A DNA stretch of 64,000 bases, taken from the NCBI GenBank assembly GCA_964016885.1, contig OZ024766.1:18848001-18912000 (forward strand). Reading direction: 5' to 3'. Below, piece after piece: positions 30,742 to 41,734 of the stretch. How positions within the stretch are numbered: position 1 is the stretch's first letter; every line of letters begins with the position of its first letter. Position numbers and translations under genes: made by a program. The stretch is from Eledone cirrhosa (Eukaryota). The notes beneath the pieces were generated by a model that saw only the letters and a program-made list of their open reading frames with translations, made no database searches and was not told the origin of the DNA.

Positions 30742-33700
30742 GGTGTAGGCTGTAGCTGTAGTGGTGGTATACGTTGTAGTAGTGGTGGTGTAGCTGTAGT
30801 AGTGTAGGCTGTAGCTGTGGTGGTGTAGGCTGTAGCTGTAGTGGTGGTATACGTTGTAGTAGTGGTGGTGTAGCTGTAGTAGTGTAGGCTGTAGCTGTGG
30901 TGGTGTAGGCTGTAGCTGTAGTGGTGGTATACGTTGTAGTAGTGGTGGTGTAGCTGTAGTAGTGTAGGCTGTAGCTGTAGTGGTGGTATACGTTGTAGTA
31001 GTGGTGGTGTAGCTGTAGTAGTGTAGGCTGTAGCTGTGGTGGTGTAGGCTGTAGCTGTAGTGGTGGTATAGGTTGTAGTAGTGGTGGTGTAGCTGTAGTA
31101 GTGTAGGCTGTAGCTGTGGTGGTGTAGGCTGTAGCTGTAGTGGTGGTATACGTTGTAGTAGTGGTGGTGTAGCTGTAGTAGTGTAGGCTGTAGCTGTGGT
31201 GGTGTAGGCTGTAGCTGTAGTGGTGGTATACGTTGTAGTAGTGGTGGTGTAGCTGTAGTAGTGTAGGCTGTAGCTGTGGTGGTGTAGGCTGTAGCTGTAG
31301 TGGTGGTATACGTTGTAGTAGTGGTGGTGTAGCTGTAGTAGTGTAGGCTGTAGCTGTGGTGGTGTAGGCTGTAGCTGTAGTGGTGGTATACGTTGTAGTA
31401 GTGGTGGTGTAGCTGTAGTAGTGTAGGCTGTAGCTGTGGTGGTGTAGGCTGTAGCTGTAGTGGTGGTATACGTTGTAGTAGTGGTGGTGTAGCTGTAGTA
31501 GTGTAGGCTGTAGCTGTGGTGGTGTAGGCTGTAGCTGTAGTGGTGGTATACGTTGTAGTAGTGGTGGTGTAGCTGTAGTAGTGTAGGCTGTAGCTGTGGT
31601 GGTGTAGGCTGTAGCTGTAGTGGTGGTATACGTTGTAGTAGTGGTGGTGTAGCTGTAGTAGTGTAGGCTGTAGCTGTAGTGGTGTAGGCTGTAGCTGTAG
31701 TGGTGGTATACGTTGTAGTAGTGGTGGTGTAGCTGTAGTAGTGTAGGCTGTAGCTGTAGTGGTGTAGGCTGTAGCTGTAGTGGTGGTATACGTTGTAGTA
31801 GTGGTGGTGTAGCTGTAGTAGTGTAGGCTGTAGCTGTGGTGGTGTAGGCTGTAGCTGTAGTGGTGGTATAGGTTGTAGTAGTGGTGGTGTAGCTGAGGTT
31901 GTAGTAGTGGTGGTGTAGCTGTAGTAGTGTAGGCTGTAGCTGTGGTGGTGTAGGCTGTAGCTGTAGTGGTGGTATACGTTGTAGTAGTGGTGGTGTAGCT
32001 GTAGTAGTGTAGGCTGTAGCTGTGGTGGTGTAGGCTGTAGCTGTAGTGGTGGTATAGGTTGTAGTAGTGGTGGTGTAGCTGTAGTAGTGTAGGCTGTAGT
32101 TGTGGTGGTGGTATAGGTTGTAGTAGTGGTGGTGTAGCTGTAGTAGTGTAGGCTGTAGTAGTGGTTTAGGCTGTAGCTGTAGTGGTGGTTTAGGCTGTAG
32201 TGGTGGTTTAGGCTGTAGCTGTAGTAGTGGTTAAGGCAGTAGCTGCTGTAGTGGTGGTGTAGCTGTAGTGGTGGTTTAGGCTGTAGTAGTGGTTTAGGCT
32301 GTAGCTGCTGTAGTGGTGGTTTAGGCTGTAGTGGTGGTTTAGGCTGTAGCTGCTGTAGTGGTGGTTTAGGCTGTAGCTGCTGTGGTGGTGGTTTAGGCTG
32401 TAGTAGTGGTTAAGGCTGTAGCTGCTGTAGTGGTGGTTTAGGCTGTAGTAGTGGTTAAGGCTGTAGCTGCTGTAGTGGTGGTTTAGGCTGTAGTAGTGGT
32501 TAAGGCTGTAGCTGCTGTAGTGGTGGTTTAGGCTGTAGTAGTGGTTAAGGCTGTAGCTGCTGTAGTGGTGGTTTAGGCTGTAGTAGTGGTTAAGGCTGTA
32601 GCTGCTGTAGTGGTGGTTTAGGCTGTAGTAGTGGTTAAGGCTGTAGCTGCTGTAGTGGTGGTTTAGGCTGTAGTAGTGGTTAAGGCTGTAGCTGCTGTAG
32701 TGGTGGTTTAGGCTGTAGTAGTGGTTAAGGCTGTAGCTGCTGTAGTGGTGGTTTAGGCTGTAGTAGTGGTTAAGGCTGTAGCTGCTGTAGTGGTGGTTTA
32801 GGCTGTAGTAGTGGTTAAGGCTGTAGCTGCTGTAGTGGTGGTTTAGGCTGTAGTAGTGGTTAAGGCTGTAGCTGCTGTAGTGGTGGTTTAGGCTGTAGTA
32901 GTGGTTAAGGCTGTAGCTGCTGTAGTGGTGGTTTAGGCTGTAGTAGTGGTTAAGGCTGTAGCTGCTGTAGTGGTGGTTTAGGCTGTAGTAGTGGTTAAGG
33001 CTGTAGCTGCTGTAGTGGTGGTTTAGGCTGTAGTAGTGGTTAAGGTTGTAGCTGCTGTAGTGGTGGTTTAGGCTGTAGTAGTGGTTAAGGCTGTAGCTGC
33101 TGTAGTGGTGGTTTAGGCTGTAGTAGTGGTTAAGGCTGTAGCTGCTGTAGTGGTGGTTTAGGCTGTAGTAGTGGTTAAGGCTGTAGCTGCTGTAGTGGTG
33201 GTTTAGGCTGTAGTAATGGTTAAGGCTGTAGCTGCTGTAGTGGTGGTTTAGGCTGTAGTAGTGGTTAAGGCTGTAGCTGCTGTAGTGGTGGTTTAGGCTG
33301 TAGTAGTGGTTAAGGCTGTAGCTGCTGTAGTGGTGGTTTAGGCTGTAGTAGTGGTTAAGGCTGTAGCTGCTGTAGTGGTGGTTTAGGCTGTAGTAGTGGT
33401 TAAGGCTGTAGCTGCTGTAGTGGTGGTTTAGGCTGTAGTAATGGTTAAGGCTGTAGCTGCTGTAGTGGTGGTTTAGGCTGTAGTAGTGGTTAAGGCTGTA
33501 GCTGCTGTAGTGGTGGTTTAGGCTGTAGTAGTGGTTAAGGCTGTAGCTGCTGTAGTGGTGGTTTAGGCTGTAGTAATGGTTAAGGCTGTAGCTGCTGTAG
33601 TGGTGGTTTAGGCTGTAGTAGTGGTTAAGGCTGTAGCTGCTGTAGTGGTGGTTTAGGCTGTAGTAGTGGTTAAGGCTGTAGCTGCTGTAGTGGTGGTTTA

Positions 33701-35465
33701 GGCTGTAGTAGTGGTTAAGGCTGTAGCTGCTGTAGTGGTGGTTTAGGCTGTAGTAGTGGTTAAGGCTGTAGCTGCTGTAGTGGTGGTTTAGGCTGTAGTA
33801 GTGGTTAAGGCTGTAGCTGCTGTAGTGGTGGTTTAGGCTGTAGTAGTGGTTAAGGCTGTAGCTGCTGTAGTGGTGGTTTAGGCTGTAGTAGTGGTTAAGG
33901 CTGTAGCTGCTGTAGTGGTGGTTTAGGCTGTAGTAGTGGTTAAGGCTGTAGCTGCTGTAGTGGTGGTTTAGGCTGTAGTAGTGGTTAAGGCTGTAGCTGC
34001 TGTAGTAGTGGTTAAGGCTGTAGCTGCTGTAGTGGTGGTTTAGGCTGTAGTAGTGGTTAAGGCTGTAGTGGTGGTTTAGGCTGTAGTAGTGGTTAAGGCT
34101 GTAGTGGTGGTTTAGGCTGTAGTAGTGGTTAAGGCTGTAGCTGCTGTAGTGGTGGTTTAGGCTGTAGTAGTGGTTAAGGCTGTAGTGGTGGTTTAGGCTG
34201 TAGTAGTGGTTAAGGCTGTAGCTGCTGTAGTGGTGGTTTAGGCTGTAGTAGTGGTTAAGGCTGTAGCTGCTGTAGTGGTGGTTTAGGCTGTAGTAGTGGT
34301 TAAGGCTGTAGCTGCTGTAGTGGTGGTTTAGGCTGTAGTAGTGGTTAAGGCTGTAGCTGCTGTAGTGGTGGTTTAGGCTGTAGTAGTGGTTAAGGCTGTA
34401 GCTGCTGTAGTGGTGGTTTAGGCTGTAGTAGTGGTTAAGGCTGTAGCTGCTGTAGTGGTGGTTTAGGCTGTAGTAGTGGTTAAGGCTGTAGCTGCTGTAG
34501 TGGTGGTTTAGGCTGTAGTAGTGGTTAAGGCTGTAGCTGCTGTAGTGGTGGTTTAGGCTGTAGTAGTGGTTAAGGCTGTAGCTGCTGTAGTGGTGGTTTA
34601 GGCTGTAGTAGTGGTTAAGGCTGTAGCTGCTGTAGTGGTGGTTTAGGCTGTAGTGGTGGTTTAGGCTGTAGTTGTAGTGGTGGTTTAGGCTGTAGTTGTA
34701 GTGGTAGTTTAGGCTGTAGTTGTAGTGGTAGTTTAGGCTGTAGTTGTAGTGGTGGTTTAGGCTGTAGTTGTAGTGGTAGTTTAGGCTGTAGTTGTAGTGG
34801 TAGTTTAGGCTGTAGTTGTAGTGGTGGTTTAGGCTGTAGTTGTAGTGGTAGTTTAGGCTGTAGTTGTAGTGGTGGTTTAGGCTGTAGTTGTAGTGGTAGT
34901 TTAGGCTGTAGTTGTAGTGGTAGTTTAGGCTGTAGTTGTAGTGGTAGTTTAGGCTGTAGTTGTAGTGGTAGTTTAGGCTGTAGCTGCTGTAGTAGTGGTT
35001 AAGGCTGTAGCTGCTGTAGTGGTGGTTTAGGCTGTAGTTGTAGTGGTAGTTTAGGCTGTAGCTGCTGTAGTAGTGGTTAAGGCTGTAGCTGCTGTAGTGG
35101 TGGTTTAGGCTGTAGTTGTAGTGGTAGTTTAGGCTGTAGCTGCTGTAGTAGTGGTTAAGGCTGTAGCTGCTGTAGTGGTGGTTTAGGCTGTAGTTGTAGT
35201 GGTAGTTTAGGCTGTAGCTGCTGTAGTAGTGGTTAAGGCTGTAGCTGCTGTAGTAGTGGTTAAGGCTGTAGCTGCTGTAGTGGTGGTTTAGGCTGTAGTT
35301 GTAGTGGTAGTTTAGGCTGTAGTTGTAGTGGTTAAGGCTGTAGCTGCTGTAGTGGTAGTTTAGGCTGTAGTTGTAGTGGTTAAGGCTGTAGCTGCTGTAG
35401 TGGTGGTTTAGGCTGTAGTTGTAGTGGTAGTTTAGGCTGTAGCGGCGGTAGTGGTGGTGGTGGTG
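30742..35465. repeat. Trinucleotide-derived satellite block: 60-bp units (~30750-32150), then 45-bp units (~32380-34650), then 24-27-bp variants
   Basis: 45-bp unit GGCTGTAGTAGTGGTTAAGGCTGTAGCTGCTGTAGTGGTGGTTTA. Confidence 0.95.
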
Positions 35466-35703
35466 GTAGCAATGTGGTTGTAGTCTATACACTGGTGCAA
35501 TGGAGGAGGGATGACGGAGTACAATAACAACAACAAGGTACCAGGGGGGAGAAACTGACAACTCACAACAAAAACACAAATTAAAACAAAAACACAAAAA
35601 AATTTCAAATAAATAAAAATTCAAAGCAAAAAAAATCAAGAAAAGTCAAATAAAAAAATAAAAAAATAAAAACAACAACAATAATAATAATAATAATAAT
35701 AAT

Positions 35704-37975
35704 AATTGTTTCTACTTTAGGCACAAGGCCAGCAATTACCCCAGTGTATTACTGGTACTTTATTTTACTGACCCCGTAATAACTGTTTCTACTTTTGGGG
35801 GGCACAAGGCCAGCAATTACTCCAGTGTATTACTGGTACTTTATTTTATCAACCCCGTAATAATTGTTTCTACTTTTGGGGGCACAAGGCCAGCAATTAC
35901 TCCAGTGTATTACTGGTACTTTATTTTACTGACCCCGTAATAATTGTTTCTACTTTAGGCACAAGGCCAGCAATTACCCCAGTGTATTACTGGTACTTTA
36001 TTTTACTGACCCCGTAATAAATGTTTCTACTTTTGGGGGCACAAGGCCAGCAATTACCCCAGTGTATTACTGGTACTTTATTTTATCAACCCCGTAATAA
36101 TTGTTTCTACTTTAGGCACAAGGCCAGCAATTACCCCAGTGTATTACTGGTACTTTATTTTACTGACCCCGTAATAAATGTTTCTACTTTTGGGGGCACA
36201 AGGCCAGCAATTACCCCAGTGTATTACTGGTACTTTATTTTACTGACCCCCCCGTAATAATTGTTTCTACTTTTGGGGGCACAAGGCCAGCAATTACCCC
36301 AGTGTATTACTGGTACTTTATTTTACTGACCCCGTAATAAATGTTTCTACTTTTGGGGGCACAAGGCCAGCAATTACTCCAGTGTATTACTGGTACTTTA
36401 TTTTATCGACCCCCGTAAGGACAAAAGGCAAAGTTAACCTCGGCGGGACTTGAACTCAGACCGTAAAGGGCCATAACTGTGCTGCAAAGCATGGTGCCCA
36501 ACGCTCTACTGATTACTGCCAAACCAATACTGGTTTCTACTTCAGGCAGAAGGCCAACAATTTATGGGAGAGGCATGGAAAGTATATTAAATCGACCCCC
36601 AGTGTATTACTGGTACTTTAAGGCTGATACCAGCAATTGAAGGGGGGGGGAGTCTATTAAATCAACCCCCAGTGTATTACTGGTACTTTAAGGCTGATGC
36701 CAGCAATTTATGGGAGAGGCAGGGAAAGTATATTAAATCAACCCCCAGTACATTACTGGTACTTTAAGGTTGATACCAGCAATTAAAGATGAGGGAAAAG
36801 TATATTAAATCAACCCCCAGTACATTACTGGTACTTTAAGGTTGATACCAGCAATTAAAGATGAGGGAAAAGTATATTAAATCAACCCCCAGTACATTAC
36901 TGGTACTTTAAGGTTGATACCAGCAATTAAAGATGAGGGAAAAGTATATTAAATCAACCCCAGTGTATTACTGGTACTTTAAGGTTGATACCAGCAATTA
37001 AAGATGAGGGAAAAGTATATTAAATCAACCCCAGTGTATTACTGGTACTTTAAGGTTGATACCAGCAATTAAAGATGAGGGAAAAGTATATTAAATCAAC
37101 CCCCAGTACATTACTGGTACTTTAAGGTTGATACCAGCAATTAAAGATGAGGGAAAAGTATATTAAATCAACCCCCAGTACATTACTGGAACTTTAAGGT
37201 TGATACCAGCAATTAAAGATGAGGGAAAAGTATATTAAATCAACCCCCAGTGTATTACTGGTACTTTAAGGTTGATACCAGCAATTAAAGATGAGGGAAA
37301 AGTATATTAAATCAACCCCCAGTACATTACTGGTACTTTAAGGTTGATACCAGCAATTAAAGATGAGGGAAAAGTATATTAAATCAACCCCCAGTACATT
37401 ACTGGAACTTTAAGGTTGATACCAGCAATTAAAGATGAGGGAAAAGTATATTAAATCAACCCCCAGTACATTACTGGAACTTTAAGGTTGATACCAGCAA
37501 TTAAAGATGAGGGAAAAGTATATTAAATCAACCCCAGTGTATTACTGGTACTTTAAGGTTGATACCAGCAATTAAAGATGAGGGAAAAGTATATTAAATC
37601 AACCCCCAGTACATTACTGGTACTTTAAGGTTGATACCAGCAATTAAAGATGAGGGAAAAGTATATTAAATCAACCCCCAGTACATTACTGGAACTTTAA
37701 GGTTGATACCAGCAATTAAAGATGAGGGAAAAGTATATTAAATCAACCCCCAGTGTATTACTGGTACTTTAAGGTTGATACCAGCAATTAAAGATGAGGG
37801 AAAAGTATATTAAATCAACCCCCAGTACATTACTGGTACTTTAAGGCTGATACCAGCAATTGAAGGTGAGTGAACTATATTAAATGAACCCCAGTGCATT
37901 ACTGGTACTTTATTTTATCGACCCCGTAAGGATGAAAGGCAAAGTTGACCTCGGCGGGGCTTGACCTCAGAAATG
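35704..37975. repeat. Two SINE-derived tandem arrays (~77-82-bp units at 35704-36420; ~72-bp units at 36590-37910), each ending in the SINE central domain/B box
   Basis: Both share CCCCAGTGTATTACTGGTACTTTA with the single-copy SINE at 29174. Confidence 0.9.
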
Positions 37976-38002
37976 TAGGAGTTTATAACTAAATACGTTC
38001 TA

Positions 38003-38034
<32 letters not shown>

Positions 38035-38179
38035 TAACAACAACAACAATTGCAACAATAAAGCATGTTGGGTGGTGGTGATGGTGGCGGTGGTGGTGGC
38101 GGCGGAGGGGAAACATGGTTGGTGGATGGTGTGGAGTTTACTGCTGCTGTAGAGGTTGGCATGGTGGGAGTGGAGTATA

Positions 38180-38222
<43 letters not shown>

Positions 38223-38312
38223 GTATGTGAGTCTGTGTGTGTATATATATATACCTTAATGGTCGCTTATATTTATGGTAAGTCAAAATTATTTATAAAA
38301 CTGTTTATATAT

Positions 38313-38382
38313 TGTATTTTATCTGACGAAGGCATGCCATATTTTTAATATGGTACCCCTGAAATATGTATAATGAAATAAA
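38313..38382 (+). ncRNA. Minimal hammerhead motif, solo copy, antisense to IQSEC
   Basis: TGTATTTTAT-CTGACGA-AGGCATGCCATATT ttt AATATGGTACCCCT-GAAA-TATGTA-TA-ATGAAATAAA. Confidence 0.7.
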
Positions 38383-38508
38383 TATGGTTTTATAAATATA
38401 GTTTCCATTTGTTAATATATTGTATATATATATGTGCTTGTGGATATATATATATGTATATCCACATATATATACATATATGTGAGTGTATATATATATA
38501 TATATATA

Positions 38509-39620
38509 GGAGATCAGATTAGCATGGGAGGAGGGTGTTCCGAGGCCATAGTATCTAGAATAAGGACGGGTTGGAAGAAGTTTAGGGAGCTGCTTCCTCT
38601 GCTGACGAAGAAGGGTTTCTCCCTGCGTACGAAAGGCTGGTTATATGATGCCTGTGTGAGGAGCGCGATGCTGCATGGTAGTGAGACATGGGCAGCTACC
38701 GCAGAGGATATGCGACGGCTGGAGAGAAATGAGGCAAGCATGCTCCGTTGGATGTGCAGTGTAAATGTGTGTGAACGACCCAGCATAAATGTGTTGAGAG
38801 AGAAACTGTGTCTGAGAGGGATAGATTGTAGTGTACGGGAGAGGAGACTGAGGTGGTATGGACATGTGATGTGTTGAGAGAGAAACTGTCTGAGAGGGAT
38901 AGAATGTAGTGTACGGGAGAGGAGACTGAGGTGGTATGGACATGTGATGTGTTGAGAGAGAAACTGTGTCTGAGAGGGATAGAATGTAGTGTACGGGAGA
39001 GGAGACTGAGGTGGTATGGACATGTGATGTGTTGAGAGAGAAACTGTGTCTGAGAGGGATAGAATGTAGTGTGTGGGAGAGGACTGAGATGGTATGGACA
39101 TGTGATGTGTTGAGAGTGATAGAATGTAGTGTACGGGAGAGGAGACTGAGATGGTATGGACATGTGATGTGTTGAGAGTGATAAAATGTAGTGTACGGGA
39201 GAGGAGACTGAGATGGTATGGACATGTGATGTGTTGAGAGAGAAACTGTGTCTGAGAGGGATAGAATGTAGTGTACGGGACAGGAGACTGAGGTGGTATG
39301 GACATGTGATGTGTTGAGAGAGAAACTGTGTCTGAGAGGGATAGAATGTAGTGTACGGGAGAGGAGACTGAGGTGGTATGGACATGTGATGCGCATGGAG
39401 GATGACCGATGGGTGAAGAAGTGCCAGGAAATGCCAGTTGAGGGAAGACGTGGTAGAGGTAGACCACGAAAAACATGGGCGGAGGTGGTGAGAGCAGACC
39501 TCAGATCGCTGAAGCTCACGGTGGAGATGACGAAGGACCGTGACAAGTGGAGAGATGCTGTGCTGAATAGGACCCGTCCCACCCTTGCAAGCAGGGAAAA
39601 GCGGACGTAAAAGGATGATA
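38509..39620 (+). mobile_element. 5'-truncated RTE-clade LINE with an 80-bp piece of its ORF tandemly amplified, intact 3' tail
   Basis: SRIRTGWKKFRELLPLL...LYDACVRSAMLHGSETW...MLRWMC...RERRLRWYGHVMRM...GRGRPRKTW. Tail ACCCGTCCCACCCTTGCAAGCAGGGAAAAGCGGACGTAAAAGGATGAT. Confidence 0.92.
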
Positions 39621-39809
39621 TATATATATATATATATTTGTTTTGACACACGATTTCATATCAAAAACCTCGCAAAACAAATTCATCGCCGTCATTATAT
39701 ATATATATATATATATATATAGGAAAAAGTATGACCCCGACGGCAGAGCTCAAGCCGTTTCGTGGCTTTTTCAGGACTGGAGCGTTATGGTCCTTACCAC
39801 AACTCCTTC

Positions 39810-39851
<42 letters not shown>

Positions 39852-39854
<3 letters not shown>

Positions 39855-40278
39855 CATGATATTAAATAAATGGAAACTATATTTATAAAACCATATTTAT
39901 TCTATTATATATATTTCAAGGGTACCAAGACAACCTTGGTGCGCTTTCATCAGATAAAATACAAAGTTTGTTTCATAAATAGAGACATACCCATGAAAAC
40001 CATACCTTATCGGTTGGAAATTCACTGGATAGTGGATATATATTAGGGATTTTTCATATTCACACATAAGTTTGAATAATCCCTAATATATATCCACTCT
40101 CCAGTGAATTTCCAACCGATAAGGTATGATTTTCATGGGTATGTATGTCTATTTATGAAACAAACTTTGTATTTTATCTGATGAAAGCGCACCAAGCTTG
40201 GCTTGGTACCCTTGAAATATATATAATAGAATAAATATGGTTTTATAAATATAGTTTCCATTTATTTAATATCATTGT
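39852..40278. mobile_element. Foldback palindrome (~200-bp arms) with two outward-facing hammerhead motifs
   Basis: Minus 39895-39963 and plus 40168-40235 (TGTATTTTAT-CTGATGA-AAGCGCACCAAG..CTTGGTACCCTT-GAAA-TATATA-TA-ATAGAATAAA). The right arm continues to ~40350 as further family sequence. Confidence 0.88.
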
Positions 40279-40856
40279 ATATTTACTCCAGTAAGCTGTT
40301 GAGTGCTCTAAATCAGTTATAAACATTTATGTTTGACGGACTTCCAATATATATAGAGAGAGAGAGAAATGGACAAGTAGTAGTAGTAGTAGTAGTGGTG
40401 GTGGTGACAGGAATGGTAGTGGCTGCTGTTATAGTAGTAGTAGTAGTAGCTGTAGTATTAATGGCTGTAGTAGTAGTAGTAGTAGTAGTAGTATTAATGG
40501 CTATAGTAGTAGTGGTGGTAGTAGTAGTGGTGGTGGTAGTAGTGGTAGTAGTAGTGTTGGTAGTAGTAGTAGTAGCTGTAGTATTGATGGCTGTAGTAGA
40601 GGTAGTAGTAGTAGTATTAATGGCTATAGTAGTAGTGGTGGTAGTAGTGGTGGTAGTAGTAGTGGTGGTGGTAGTAGTGGTAGTAGTAGTGTTGGTAGTA
40701 GTAGTAGTAGCTGTAGTATTGATGGCTGTAGTAGAGGTAGTAGTAGTAGTAGTAGTATTAATGGCTATAGTAGTAGTGGTGGTAGTAGTAGTGGTGGTGG
40801 TGGTAGTGGTAGTAGTAGTAGTAGCTGTAGTATTGATGGCTGTAGTAGTAGTGGTG

Positions 40857-40888
<32 letters not shown>

Positions 40889-41533
40889 GGTGGTAGTGGG
40901 GAAAGAGAGTGTAAGGAAGGGGGTGGAATGTTGGTGGCTCGAAAGCGGCCCCAGGAGGGGAAATGGCGTTGGTGGAGGGGGTGGGAGGTGACACTGGCCG
41001 CCCCAGGAGGGGGAGAGATGGTGGTGTTTTCGTGGTAGCGGTAGCGGACAACAGCAGCAGTGGTAGTGTGGTGGTGGTGGCGGTGTATGGGTGTATGAGG
41101 GAGGTGGTGGTGGTGGTGGTGTATGGATGTGGGAGGTGGTGGTGTAGGAGGGAGATGGTGGTGGTGGTGGTGTAGGAGGGAGATGGTGGTGGTGGTGGTG
41201 GTGTAGGAGGGAGGTGGAGTAGGGATGTGGTGGGAGGATGGTGGTGGTGGTATAGGGGGAGGTGGTGGTGGTGGTGTAGGAAGGAGATGGTGGTGGTGGT
41301 GGTGGTGTAGGAGGGAGATGGTGGTGGTGGTGGTGTAGGAGGGAGGTGGAGTAGGGATGTGGTGGGAGGATGGTGGTGGTGGTGGTGGTGGTGGTGGTGT
41401 AGGAAGGACCATGGAGGTGGTGGTGGTTGGTGGTGGTGGTGTAGGAGGGACCATGGAGGAGGTGGAGGCGGGGGGGTACATGAGGTACAGTAAGTGGAGG
41501 AGGTGGAACAACAAACAACCAGGCCATGCATAC

Positions 41534-41732
41534 CTTCACAAAGATCAAGAAGAGAGCTGGATAGGGAACACTTCTTTAAACGGTACTCATGGACAGACAT
41601 TCTATTTACCCCTTGGTCAGACTGCTTGAGGACGTCATAGATGAGGACACGACAGTCGTCATCTATGGTGTTGCGGGTGGAGCGGTGGCGCTGTAACTCT
41701 TCCTCGATACGGAGACTCTCTAGTCCGGTTGT
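41534..41732 (-). CDS. IQSEC: IQSEC exon after the PH domain
   Basis: CTCACCAG|TTGLESLRIEEELQRHRSTRNTIDDD...KKCSLSSSLLDLCE(G)|GTATGC; 199 nt, phase 0 to 1. Resembles the IQSEC post-PH 'RIESELEKQ...LSSSLRDLSE' region. Confidence 0.88.
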
Positions 41733-41734
41733 CT

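Noticed and set aside
37915-38286. Possible extra IQSEC exon (DILHSHHANLYSSSK...)
   Set aside because: No polypyrimidine acceptor (it is preceded by (TA)n), no clear donor and no homology.
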